Positions 37,572 through 47,084 of a stretch of 64,000 bases of DNA are shown here, in pieces. Location: positions 5,101 through 69,100 of the forward strand of contig DFHF01000022.1 of the NCBI GenBank assembly GCA_002371825.1, given 5' to 3'. The DNA comes from Ruminococcus flavefaciens. Its GTDB lineage: Bacteria; Bacillota; Clostridia; Oscillospirales; Ruminococcaceae. The notes beneath the pieces were generated by a model that saw only the letters and a list, made by a program, of their open reading frames with translations, was not told where the DNA came from and did not search any database. Numbering within the stretch: position 1 is the stretch's first letter; each line of letters opens with the position of its first letter. Position numbers and translations under genes: made by a program.

Positions 37572-37910
37572 TCAGAAAAGGTCGAAATTGCCGAATGTGT
37601 TATCGTCAATAACGTAGTAAACCTTATTGATCTCAGGTCTAACGTAAACAACAACGCTCTTAGCAGACTTTACACCAGCAACAGCCTTAGCCTTGTCAAC
37701 CAGGTCTGTACCGGCAACCTCAGCACCATTGTACTGGATTACTACCTTTCTCTCTTCTGCAGTTGCCTTCTTAGCAGCAGGCTTCTTAGCAGGAGCCTTC
37801 TTAGCAGCGGCCTTCTTAGCGGGAGCCTTCTTCTCCTCAGCGGGAGCAGCAGCTACAACTGTTTCTTTTACCTCTGCTGTCTCAGCAGCAGTCTTCTTTG
37901 CTCTTGGCAT
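37572..37910 (-). CDS. Small basic protein with histone-H1-like PAKK repeats (DUF6465-like)
   Basis: KKAPAKKAAAKKAPAKKPAAKKA N-terminal region; C-terminal ...VYVRPE.NKVYYVI domain. Confidence 0.75.
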   Translation of the reverse strand: MPRAKKTAAETAEVKETVVAAAPAEEKKAPAKKAAAKKAPAKKPAAKKATAEERKVVIQYNGAEVAGTDLVDKAKAVAGVKSAKSVVVYVRPEINKVYYVIDDNTFGNFDLF

Positions 37911-37929
37911 TGTTAATTACCTCCTTGGA

Positions 37930-38205
37930 TTACTTGTTAACTGCGTTCTTCAGAGCCTGGCCAGCCTTGAAAGCAGGAGCCTTTGAAGCGGGAGCAGTCA
38001 TCATCTTCTTTGTCTGAGGATTGAGGACCTGCTTCTCCTTACGGTCACGAACCTCAAATGTACCGAAACCTACGATAGAAACCTTCTCACCGCTTGCGAG
38101 GGCATCAGTGATTGTAGAGATGATTGCATTTACAGCAGCCTCTGCGTTCTTCTTTGTAGACTCAGTCTTATCGGCAACAGCGCTGATTAATTCTGTTTTT
38201 GTCAT
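37930..38205 (-). CDS. hup: DNA-binding protein HU
   Basis: MTKTELISAVA, GEKVSIVGFGTFEVRDR, NPQT, PAFKAG. Confidence 0.96.
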   Translation of the reverse strand: MTKTELISAVADKTESTKKNAEAAVNAIISTITDALASGEKVSIVGFGTFEVRDRKEKQVLNPQTKKMMTAPASKAPAFKAGQALKNAVNK

Positions 38206-38241
38206 TTTTCATATCCTCCATGTATTAGAATTTACAATTGA

Positions 38242-38270
38242 ATTATATACCCTTTGTATGGATTTGTCAA
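38242..38270 (-). promoter_or_regulatory. Consensus SigA promoter of hup
   Basis: TTGACA-17-TATAAT on the minus strand. Confidence 0.75.
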
Positions 38271-38441
38271 GGAAATAGCGAAAAAATGACATAATGCCCT
38301 GTATTTAGCTGTCCGTTACCCGTTTTTTATTCAAAACAGCCATAGAAAAAGGCTATTTTCCGTAGTACATACTGGTTATCTGAGGCAGTAATGAAACAGG
38401 CAGTCCCGAAAGACTGCCTGTAATGCGTTATTGGCTGGGGG

Positions 38442-41039
<2,598 letters not shown>

Positions 41040-41085
41040 GATAATATCCTCCTTTTATTGTCTTTCTTTATATCTGACAGTCGGA

Positions 41086-41727
41086 CTAAACTATGCCCTG
41101 ACTGATAACGTCTGCGAATCTCTTCTCCAGCACCGGGGCATTCTCGTGAAATCCTGCCGGGTCTGAGAAATATATCTGTACAGCGCTGTTAAGGTCGCTG
41201 AGGTATCTGCTTATAGCTTCACCGGACTGTTCCTCGGAGAGGCCTGAATTCAGGAGCCTTCTTGTGAAGGAGCCGCCGCTTATGGCTGCGGAATATCCGC
41301 TGTATCCTTTGGCTTCAAGTATTGCAGCTTCGGCCTTTGCCCGGTACCGGAAGAAGTTTCCGAACATTTCAGTCAGTACATCGCTCTGTGTGCGTATCTG
41401 AACTTTCAGAGTGCCGATATACTTGTCAGGGAGCCGGTCAAGCTCTACTTTATAATTTATGGTGGGGCGGTATTTGTATTCAAGAGCGGTGCGGAGTGTC
41501 ATAAGCGATGCTGAGCGCTGCTGCTGAATACGGAAGCTGCTGCTTATCATATCAGACATGGTCTGGAAAATATCATGCATCCGCATTTCCGGAGTGACGC
41601 AGGAGAGATTTTCTGCGAGTATCTGATTTATAAGATTGGAGCGGCTTGTGCCTCTCCGATAGGCCTCTGCATCAACTGCTTTGATAACGTCGTCCATGAG
41701 GACGAGGCTATAGACACTTTTTTTCAT
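41086..41727 (-). CDS. Ribbon-helix-helix (CopG-like) DNA-binding protein upstream of clpB
   Basis: N-terminal SVYSLVLMDDVIKAVDAEAYRRGTSRSNLINQIL fits the RHH pattern; RBS ggaggcga; start reassigned to 41727. Confidence 0.7.
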   Translation of the reverse strand: MKKSVYSLVLMDDVIKAVDAEAYRRGTSRSNLINQILAENLSCVTPEMRMHDIFQTMSDMISSSFRIQQQRSASLMTLRTALEYKYRPTINYKVELDRLPDKYIGTLKVQIRTQSDVLTEMFGNFFRYRAKAEAAILEAKGYSGYSAAISGGSFTRRLLNSGLSEEQSGEAISRYLSDLNSAVQIYFSDPAGFHENAPVLEKRFADVISQGIV

Positions 41728-41755
41728 ATTCATCGCCTCCTTTATATATAGAGTA

Positions 41756-41791
41756 TCACGGATTATAGAATTTGTCAAGCGAATTATATAA
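41756..41791 (-). promoter_or_regulatory. Promoter of the RHH-clpB unit with an inverted repeat around the -35
   Basis: TTGACA (41773-41778) -17- TACTCT with an extended TG (the -10 lies at ~41750-41755). IR ttatagaatt (41763-41772) / aattatataa (41782-41791), 9/10 match, 9-bp spacer. Confidence 0.55.
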
Positions 41792-41865
41792 TTTTTCACG
41801 CAAATTTCACATTGCAAAAAAATACGGACATATCCTCACACAATGGCAAAGACAGTCCGCAGGGC

Positions 41866-41893
41866 AAAAAAAATCCTTCCCGTGAGGGAAGGA
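41866..41893 (-). terminator. Intrinsic terminator
   Basis: Minus strand tccttccc-tcac-gggaagga-tttttttt. Confidence 0.85.
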
Positions 41894-42120
41894 AACTTCG
41901 GTTCAAACGGATAAACCGTTTAGCACTGTGAACCGAGCCATAGACAATAAGTTAAAACAAGTTATTGAGAATAGAAAACATGAAAAAATTACAAATGAAA
42001 GGGGTTAGTTTTATGTGTTAATGAAACTTTTTCTATGGCGTGCAAATGAATCAATACTCATTATCAAGCACATGAGAGGGGAGGGCGCTTGATATTGAAT
42101 ACCCATATTCTTCATTTGCT
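41866..42120 (-). ncRNA. Candidate orphan small RNA (~255 nt)
   Basis: Minus-strand TTGCAT-17-TATAAT promoter (42155 to 42127), long 5' hairpin with C-rich loop, intrinsic terminator at 41866-41893; no ORF with an RBS. Confidence 0.55.
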
Positions 42121-42159
42121 GATTGTATTATAGCGCAAAACGAGAATCAATGCAATATA

Positions 42160-42189
42160 CAAAACTACACAAAACTGCACAAAACTGTA
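42160..42189. repeat. Three tandem 10-bp direct repeats
   Basis: caaaactaca / caaaactgca / caaaactgta. Confidence 0.8.
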
Positions 42190-42280
42190 TTTTGGACGCG
42201 TTTTTAGTATTTTTTCATGTCAACTTTTTGTAAATAAGTTTTCTGAATTTATAAATTTACATAATAGCAATGATTTTTCT

Positions 42281-43708
42281 TTAATTCAAGGAGAATATAT
42301 TCTTTCCGTCTTCGACTGTCACTGAGTCAGAACTGCTGCCGTTGACAACGGTGTAAAAACTGCTTCCAATGGCTATCTCGGGAGCCAGCATCATCAGGCT
42401 TCTGAAGCTATTGTGAGGGGCAAAGCTGACCATCTGAGTACCGTCAAGGACCATTTCCACCTTGCTTCCTGCTGAGACAGACTCCCCCAGGTCGACAATA
42501 ATATACGGGGTATTTGAATATGTAGGCGCAGAGACCAGATTTCCGGCCGCAAAGAGGTATCCGCCGGTATAATTGAAGCTTCCGGCTGCATAGATAGAGC
42601 TTTTCTCCTCCTTAGTGCCGCCTGATACTATAGCTGAACCGCCGTTGATATTGATAGTTCCCTTGGATTTTATACCGTTAGTACCGCCTTTTATGTCGAG
42701 AGTTCCGCCGTTTATCGTAACATCGTCGTGAGCGGTGAGACCTGTCTTAACAGCTTTGATATTGTAGATACCGTTTTCGATGATAATATCGTCGTCACTT
42801 GAAATGCCATGAGCGTTTCCTGAGTTTATATTGAGAGTGCCATTGCCCTTGAAACGCAGGGTATCATTGGAGAAGATAACACCGTTGTTTATCTTGTCAT
42901 TTCCGCCGTCGCTGAGAGTATTGACAGTGCCTTCACGGACTTTTATGGTGCATTTTTTAGCTTCGTTGACCAAAATGGCCGGGCCGGAAGAATTGGAGAT
43001 ATCAACTCCGTCAAGGATTACGGTAACATCTTCTTCTGTAGCTGTATTGACACATATCTGTCCTGACATCTTGCCTGAGAAGCGGTAATCTCCGCCGGCG
43101 GTAATGGTGACTACGCTGCCTGATACGGAAACATTTTCTCCGGTGACCTTGGGTGAGGAGCTCAGTGTGATCTCAGCAGTGTATACTTTTTCATCAGAAG
43201 GAGCGTCTGTGGGAGATTGCTGCTCCTGACTGCCGGATGAACTGCTGCCTGAGCTGCTGTTTCCGGAGGAGCTGTTTCCGCCTGAGGAGCTGCTGCCTGA
43301 GGTATTTCCCCCTGATGACTGGCCTGATGATGAGCTGCCGGATGAGGAATTTCCGCTACCGGAGGAAGAGTTTCCGGAAGAGGCCGAAGCTGTATTGGTG
43401 GAACTGCTGCTTCCGGAGTTCTTTGCTGTAGTTGAAGTGGTTTTATTGTCATTATTGGCTTTTGCAGTTGTCTGAGAGTTCTTTTCCGAACTCTTCGTAC
43501 TGCTTTCACTGCTTTCAGAGGTCTCCTCCTCTGTACTGCTGCCGGATACGTCAGAGCTGCTGCTGCCTGCTGACGGAAGATCTGAAACCATTGTTGTCTC
43601 GGGATCGCTGCCAGTTTTTTCAGAGCTGCTGCTTATTATTCCGCAGGAGGCAGTTCCGCCTATCATTGTAATAGAGATGAGTGCCGCAAGAAATCTTTTG
43701 TGGTTCAT
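42281..43708 (-). CDS. Lipoprotein with Ser-rich linker and Cthe_2159-like (DUF4353) beta-helix carbohydrate-binding domain
   Basis: Lipobox GTASC, ~150-aa S/T/G linker, then VVTITAGGDYRFSG, VTVILDGVDI, GVIFSNDTL.F.GNGTLNI, HGISSDDDIII.NG.Y repeats. Confidence 0.8.
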   Translation of the reverse strand: MNHKRFLAALISITMIGGTASCGIISSSSEKTGSDPETTMVSDLPSAGSSSSDVSGSSTEEETSESSESSTKSSEKNSQTTAKANNDNKTTSTTAKNSGSSSSTNTASASSGNSSSGSGNSSSGSSSSGQSSGGNTSGSSSSGGNSSSGNSSSGSSSSGSQEQQSPTDAPSDEKVYTAEITLSSSPKVTGENVSVSGSVVTITAGGDYRFSGKMSGQICVNTATEEDVTVILDGVDISNSSGPAILVNEAKKCTIKVREGTVNTLSDGGNDKINNGVIFSNDTLRFKGNGTLNINSGNAHGISSDDDIIIENGIYNIKAVKTGLTAHDDVTINGGTLDIKGGTNGIKSKGTININGGSAIVSGGTKEEKSSIYAAGSFNYTGGYLFAAGNLVSAPTYSNTPYIIVDLGESVSAGSKVEMVLDGTQMVSFAPHNSFRSLMMLAPEIAIGSSFYTVVNGSSSDSVTVEDGKNIFSLN

Positions 43709-43740
43709 AAAAAACTCTCCTTTACATTTGATTTATATAA

Positions 43741-43769
43741 ATTATACACGATTTTACTGTCATTATCAA
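43741..43769 (-). promoter_or_regulatory. Internal SigA promoter for the DUF4353 gene
   Basis: TTGATA-17-TATAAT on the minus strand. Confidence 0.65.
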
Positions 43770-43772
43770 GTA

Positions 43773-43814
43773 TAAAAAGAAAATGTCAGACCTGATCTCC
43801 TATCGGGTCTGACA
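43773..43814 (-). terminator. Intrinsic terminator after DUF4956
   Basis: Minus strand tgtcagacccgat-agga-gatcaggtctgaca-ttttcttttt. Confidence 0.75.
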
Positions 43815-43848
43815 CATTCTGGTAGGGTAAAAATCTGCAATAAGAAGA

Positions 43849-44595
43849 TCAGCTTTCGTAGATCTTATCGTCGTATTTAAAGAATACAAGATTAATAGTC
43901 ATATTGCCGTTGAGAGCACGAAGCTCATCGATGAATTTTTTCTGGTCGATGTTGTCGTTTACATCAACGCTGTAGATAAGCTCAAAGAGGGTACCGAAGT
44001 TTGTGGTCTTGACTCTGCGGAGCTTATGGAATTCTGTGTACTTATTGAGAGTGGGCTCGAAAACTCCCTGATAATCGAGGTTTTCGGGGATAGTGATCTT
44101 GAGGGTCATATGTCTGCGGCTGTTTTCACCGAAGTTTATGGCTGTAAGTGCGAACATAACTGCAGCAAGAAGGATGAAGAATACTACTGCGAATCCGACA
44201 TATCCTATTCCGCAGGCAACGCCTACTGCCATTGCGAAGAAGATATATGAGATATCCTTCGGGTCACCTGCAACGCTTCGGAATCGGACGAGGCTGAATG
44301 CTCCGGCCACGCTAATAGCGCCTGCGGTGGAGTTGATAACGAGAAGTATCAGTGTGACTATAGTAGGGAGCATTATCATAGTCATGACATAGCTCTGTGA
44401 GTAGCCTTCTTTTTTATGGGTGAGGATGTAGATAAGTCCTATAAGGATACCAAGTATAAGTGCGGCGATGATGCAGAGGAAAAATTCGCCTGTCTTTATC
44501 TCTGCGAGTATGGAATTTGAACCGTTGAGGATAGAATCTGCGTCTTCCTCAGAATAACGAGAGAGAACATTGCCGAAGAAACCATTTGGGAACAT
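43849..44595 (-). CDS. DUF4956 membrane protein
   Basis: 3-4 TM helices, AISVAGAFSLVRFRSVAGDPKDISYIFFAMAVG.ACGIG, soluble C-terminal LKITIPENLDY domain. Confidence 0.85.
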   Translation of the reverse strand: MFPNGFFGNVLSRYSEEDADSILNGSNSILAEIKTGEFFLCIIAALILGILIGLIYILTHKKEGYSQSYVMTMIMLPTIVTLILLVINSTAGAISVAGAFSLVRFRSVAGDPKDISYIFFAMAVGVACGIGYVGFAVVFFILLAAVMFALTAINFGENSRRHMTLKITIPENLDYQGVFEPTLNKYTEFHKLRRVKTTNFGTLFELIYSVDVNDNIDQKKFIDELRALNGNMTINLVFFKYDDKIYES

Positions 44596-44600
44596 ATTTT

Positions 44601-45395
44601 TTACACACTCCTGTTCATGAAAATGCTGTTATTGACCATTGATATGCCGGAAATATAAATATTCTTTTTTGAGCCTTCAACCTGCTCTTTTACGAAATTG
44701 GTATAGGCTTTTCCGTATTTTGAGAAGCTGGTCTTGAATATCTCCATCTCTGAGAGCTTTCTTACCAGCCAGTCCGGCATAGCGTCTGAGACCTTGACCT
44801 CCATAAGTCTCTGGTCGGCACCTATTATGTAGTTGCCGTAGCTTTCGTAATTGAGCCCCAGGTCGTAGCGGCGCTCAGTTATCTTTCTGTCGAAGGTAAG
44901 ACGGAAATCACTGTTTTCCTTGCCGAAGAATGCCTCACGCTGATAGCTGATATACTGCTTCGGAGCGATAGGGTAGTGGTCGAGGAAGGCATCCAGCTCA
45001 CGGAATACCTGTTCTGTAATGTATTTTGATATCTCAGGCTTGGTGCGGTCTTTAAGGTATGCTTCCGACTCAGCCAGAGTCATTGATACACGGCGCTTTG
45101 TAACGATGCCGCCGATTTTTTTCTTGATCTCAAGAAATACTGTATCATCAGGTGCTGCAGGGGAGTAATAGCTGCGAAGTCTGATCTTTTCCTTATAGTA
45201 GGGCTTTGCGAGGGATTCTCTTATAAGGTAATCGTCCGGGGTGTCGTAGTAGATGTTGTAGATGCCGTATTCTTTTCCGCCGATGCAGTACTTATCAGGG
45301 TTCATATACTCATTTATGACTTCCATGAGGCCATGGTACTGATCCATATTAAGCAGGAATTTTATTTCCTTACGGGCAAAAGTATTGATAGCCAT
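44601..45395 (-). CDS. VTC/polyphosphate polymerase (CYTH-like tunnel) domain protein
   Basis: RKEIKF, IYYDTPD, KEKIRLRSY, FLEIKKK, SYQREAF, FRLTFD, LMEVK, FSKY. Confidence 0.88.
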   Translation of the reverse strand: MAINTFARKEIKFLLNMDQYHGLMEVINEYMNPDKYCIGGKEYGIYNIYYDTPDDYLIRESLAKPYYKEKIRLRSYYSPAAPDDTVFLEIKKKIGGIVTKRRVSMTLAESEAYLKDRTKPEISKYITEQVFRELDAFLDHYPIAPKQYISYQREAFFGKENSDFRLTFDRKITERRYDLGLNYESYGNYIIGADQRLMEVKVSDAMPDWLVRKLSEMEIFKTSFSKYGKAYTNFVKEQVEGSKKNIYISGISMVNNSIFMNRSV

Positions 45396-45456
45396 AATTT
45401 CTCCGAAACGGCAGTGCCGCCCGGAGTTTCACACTCCTTTCGTATCGTTTGATTAT

Positions 45457-45489
45457 ATTATAATTTCCCATTCTTAAAATTATCTTAAA
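45457..45489 (-). promoter_or_regulatory. VTC operon promoter with an OmpR/CiaR-type direct repeat in place of the -35
   Basis: Minus strand TTTAAG-ataat-TTTAAG-(10 nt)-TATAAT. Confidence 0.65.
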
Positions 45490-45726
45490 AAATGCGGTGA
45501 ATTTTTGTGATGTCTGACTGCTTCGGCGGTGCTTTATATGATATCTGAATGGGAAATATATAACATGATAACTGAAAAATCACGCAATATCCGTAATTTC
45601 TTTGTATTCTTATTATACCATACATTTCCCGATGTGTTAACAAATAATTAATAAGTCCGCAATAATTTTCATCTTAAAAGACCATAATCGCAAAAAATGG
45701 TCAGAATTTAAGAAAGAAAATAGCAC

Positions 45727-45755
45727 TTGAAAACCTACTTAACCTATGGTATAAT
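45727..45755 (+). promoter_or_regulatory. SigA promoter of the Rrf2 gene
   Basis: TTGAAA-17-TATAAT with extended TG. Confidence 0.65.
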
Positions 45756-45785
45756 AATATTATAAAGTACGAAAGGAGTGGGTGA

Positions 45786-46223
45786 ATGAAGATATCCACT
45801 AAAGGAAGATATGCACTAAGGATGATGTACGACCTGGCACTTCATCGTGAGGATGGCTATATATCCCTTAAAGACATTGCAGAGCGGCAGAATATTTCTA
45901 AAAAATATCTCGAGCAGATAGTTCCTCTTCTTAACAAGAGCGGCGTGTTAAAAACAAACAGAGGAAATAAGGGCGGCTATATGCTTGCCAAAAAAGCTGA
46001 GGATTATACTGTGGGAGATATACTCCGTGCTACTGAGGGCAGTATTGCACCTGTTGCCTGCCTCGAATATGAGCCGAATGAGTGCCCGAGAGCAGGAGAA
46101 TGCTCCACATTATTCGTTTGGGAAGGACTCTATCAGAAGATAAGTGAGTATCTCGACAGCGTGACCCTTCAGGATATAATAGACCGCAACTCCTGTCCCG
46201 AAGGCGGAGACTACTGCATATAA
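45786..46223 (+). CDS. Rrf2 family transcriptional regulator (CymR/IscR-like)
   Basis: MKISTKGRYALR, YLEQI, RGNKGGY.LAK, CLEYEPNECPRAGEC Cys cluster. Confidence 0.92.
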   Translation: MKISTKGRYALRMMYDLALHREDGYISLKDIAERQNISKKYLEQIVPLLNKSGVLKTNRGNKGGYMLAKKAEDYTVGDILRATEGSIAPVACLEYEPNECPRAGECSTLFVWEGLYQKISEYLDSVTLQDIIDRNSCPEGGDYCI

Positions 46224-46226
46224 TGT

Positions 46227-46269
46227 AAATACCCCGCACCAGTGTAAAAGACCTGATGCGGGGCTTTTT
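46227..46269. terminator. Terminator between convergent Rrf2 and lipoprotein genes
   Basis: ccccgcaccag...ctgatgcgggg followed by ctttttt. Confidence 0.7.
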
Positions 46270-46295
46270 ATACATTTTTGGTCAGAAGGGAAGGA

Positions 46296-46949
46296 TCATT
46301 CATTGCTCGGGGATGTAGTATTGTACTCCTGACTGTCAGTAACTGACTCGATAAGAGCATCCTCGTCGAAGGAATCGGTGATCTTGAGCATATCTTCAAG
46401 AGAATACGGGATATTCTTCCATCCGTCATTTTCGAGGAAGACCATACACTCAACATCTGTATCAGCTTCGCCCGTGGTATTTGTAATAGAGCAGGTGAAC
46501 TCATATCCCTCAATTGCTTTGAAATTGCTGGAGCGGGTATAGATACCGGCCTGTGCGGACACGGCAGCGAAGAACTCGTTTGCAGATGCGAGCTGTTCCT
46601 CTGTGAAGGCGACTTTTTTATCTATAGAGACGATCTTGGGCTGCTGCTCTATAAGATCAATATAGCCTTTCTGTCCGGTATTGAAATTCTGGATCGAATT
46701 CTCGTACATATTCTGCTCCTTGAGAGCCTGTATTGTGAGACCGGGGTACATATATTTATAGCAGACTTCTCCGGAATCTGGTGTATATACAGCGGCATAG
46801 GCCTCGTTGAGAGCGTCCTCGGGCGAATCAGCCTTCTGAGCATCACCGCTTACCTCGCTGTAGTTTTTTGAGCTTTTGGGAGTTCCGCAGGCTGTAAGTG
46901 TACAGGCAAGCAATACTGCTGCAAGAGCAGTCAAAGATCTTTTTTTCAT
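46296..46949 (-). CDS. Lipoprotein of unknown function (paralog of 50873-51439)
   Basis: Lipobox TLTAC; shares QL.SA, K..EGYE and CMV..E.DGWK motifs with the 50873-51439 product; own TTGACA-17-TATAAT promoter at 47038-47066. Confidence 0.75.
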   Translation of the reverse strand: MKKRSLTALAAVLLACTLTACGTPKSSKNYSEVSGDAQKADSPEDALNEAYAAVYTPDSGEVCYKYMYPGLTIQALKEQNMYENSIQNFNTGQKGYIDLIEQQPKIVSIDKKVAFTEEQLASANEFFAAVSAQAGIYTRSSNFKAIEGYEFTCSITNTTGEADTDVECMVFLENDGWKNIPYSLEDMLKITDSFDEDALIESVTDSQEYNTTSPSNE

Positions 46950-47084
46950 ATTTTCCTCCGTTATTATGGTTATCCTGAGTCCTCACGGAAAATTTGCCGT
47001 GGGTGACATCCGGAATAATATTTTTGTTTCGCAGGTAATTATATCACGATATTACAGTAATGTCAAATCCGGCGAAGGCGGATA

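Noticed and set aside
38334-38348. 13-bp aaacagccataga shared with the mannanase terminator (37389)
   Set aside because: Short and AT-rich with no extended homology; probably coincidental.
41855-41940. c-di-GMP riboswitch-like words (GGCAAA, GUGA tetraloop, GGAAAC...GCACU...AACCGA)
   Set aside because: The stems are fully explained by a minus-strand terminator and hairpin. The GCAAAG P2 of class I and the pseudoknot of class II are missing.
41920-41946. CIRCE (HrcA) operator near clpB
   Set aside because: Only the left half (TTAGCACT) is present. The right arm GAGTGCTAA is absent, and the site lies inside the sRNA candidate, ~150 nt from the RHH-clpB promoter.
43200-43570. Repetitive gctgct/ggaaga-rich DNA suggesting a tandem repeat or CRISPR
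   Set aside because: It encodes the Ser/Gly linker of the DUF4353 lipoprotein; there is no constant repeat-spacer periodicity.
45730-45751. Possible Rrf2 autoregulatory palindrome in the promoter spacer (AAACC...GGTAT)
   Set aside because: Only 4-5 bp of dyad symmetry; not distinguishable from chance without orthologous promoters.
46965-47010. c-di-GMP-I-like leader of the lipoprotein gene (GGCAAA..tcc-GTGA-gga)
   Set aside because: No ACGCAAAGC/P2 arm follows; this is only a short hairpin.
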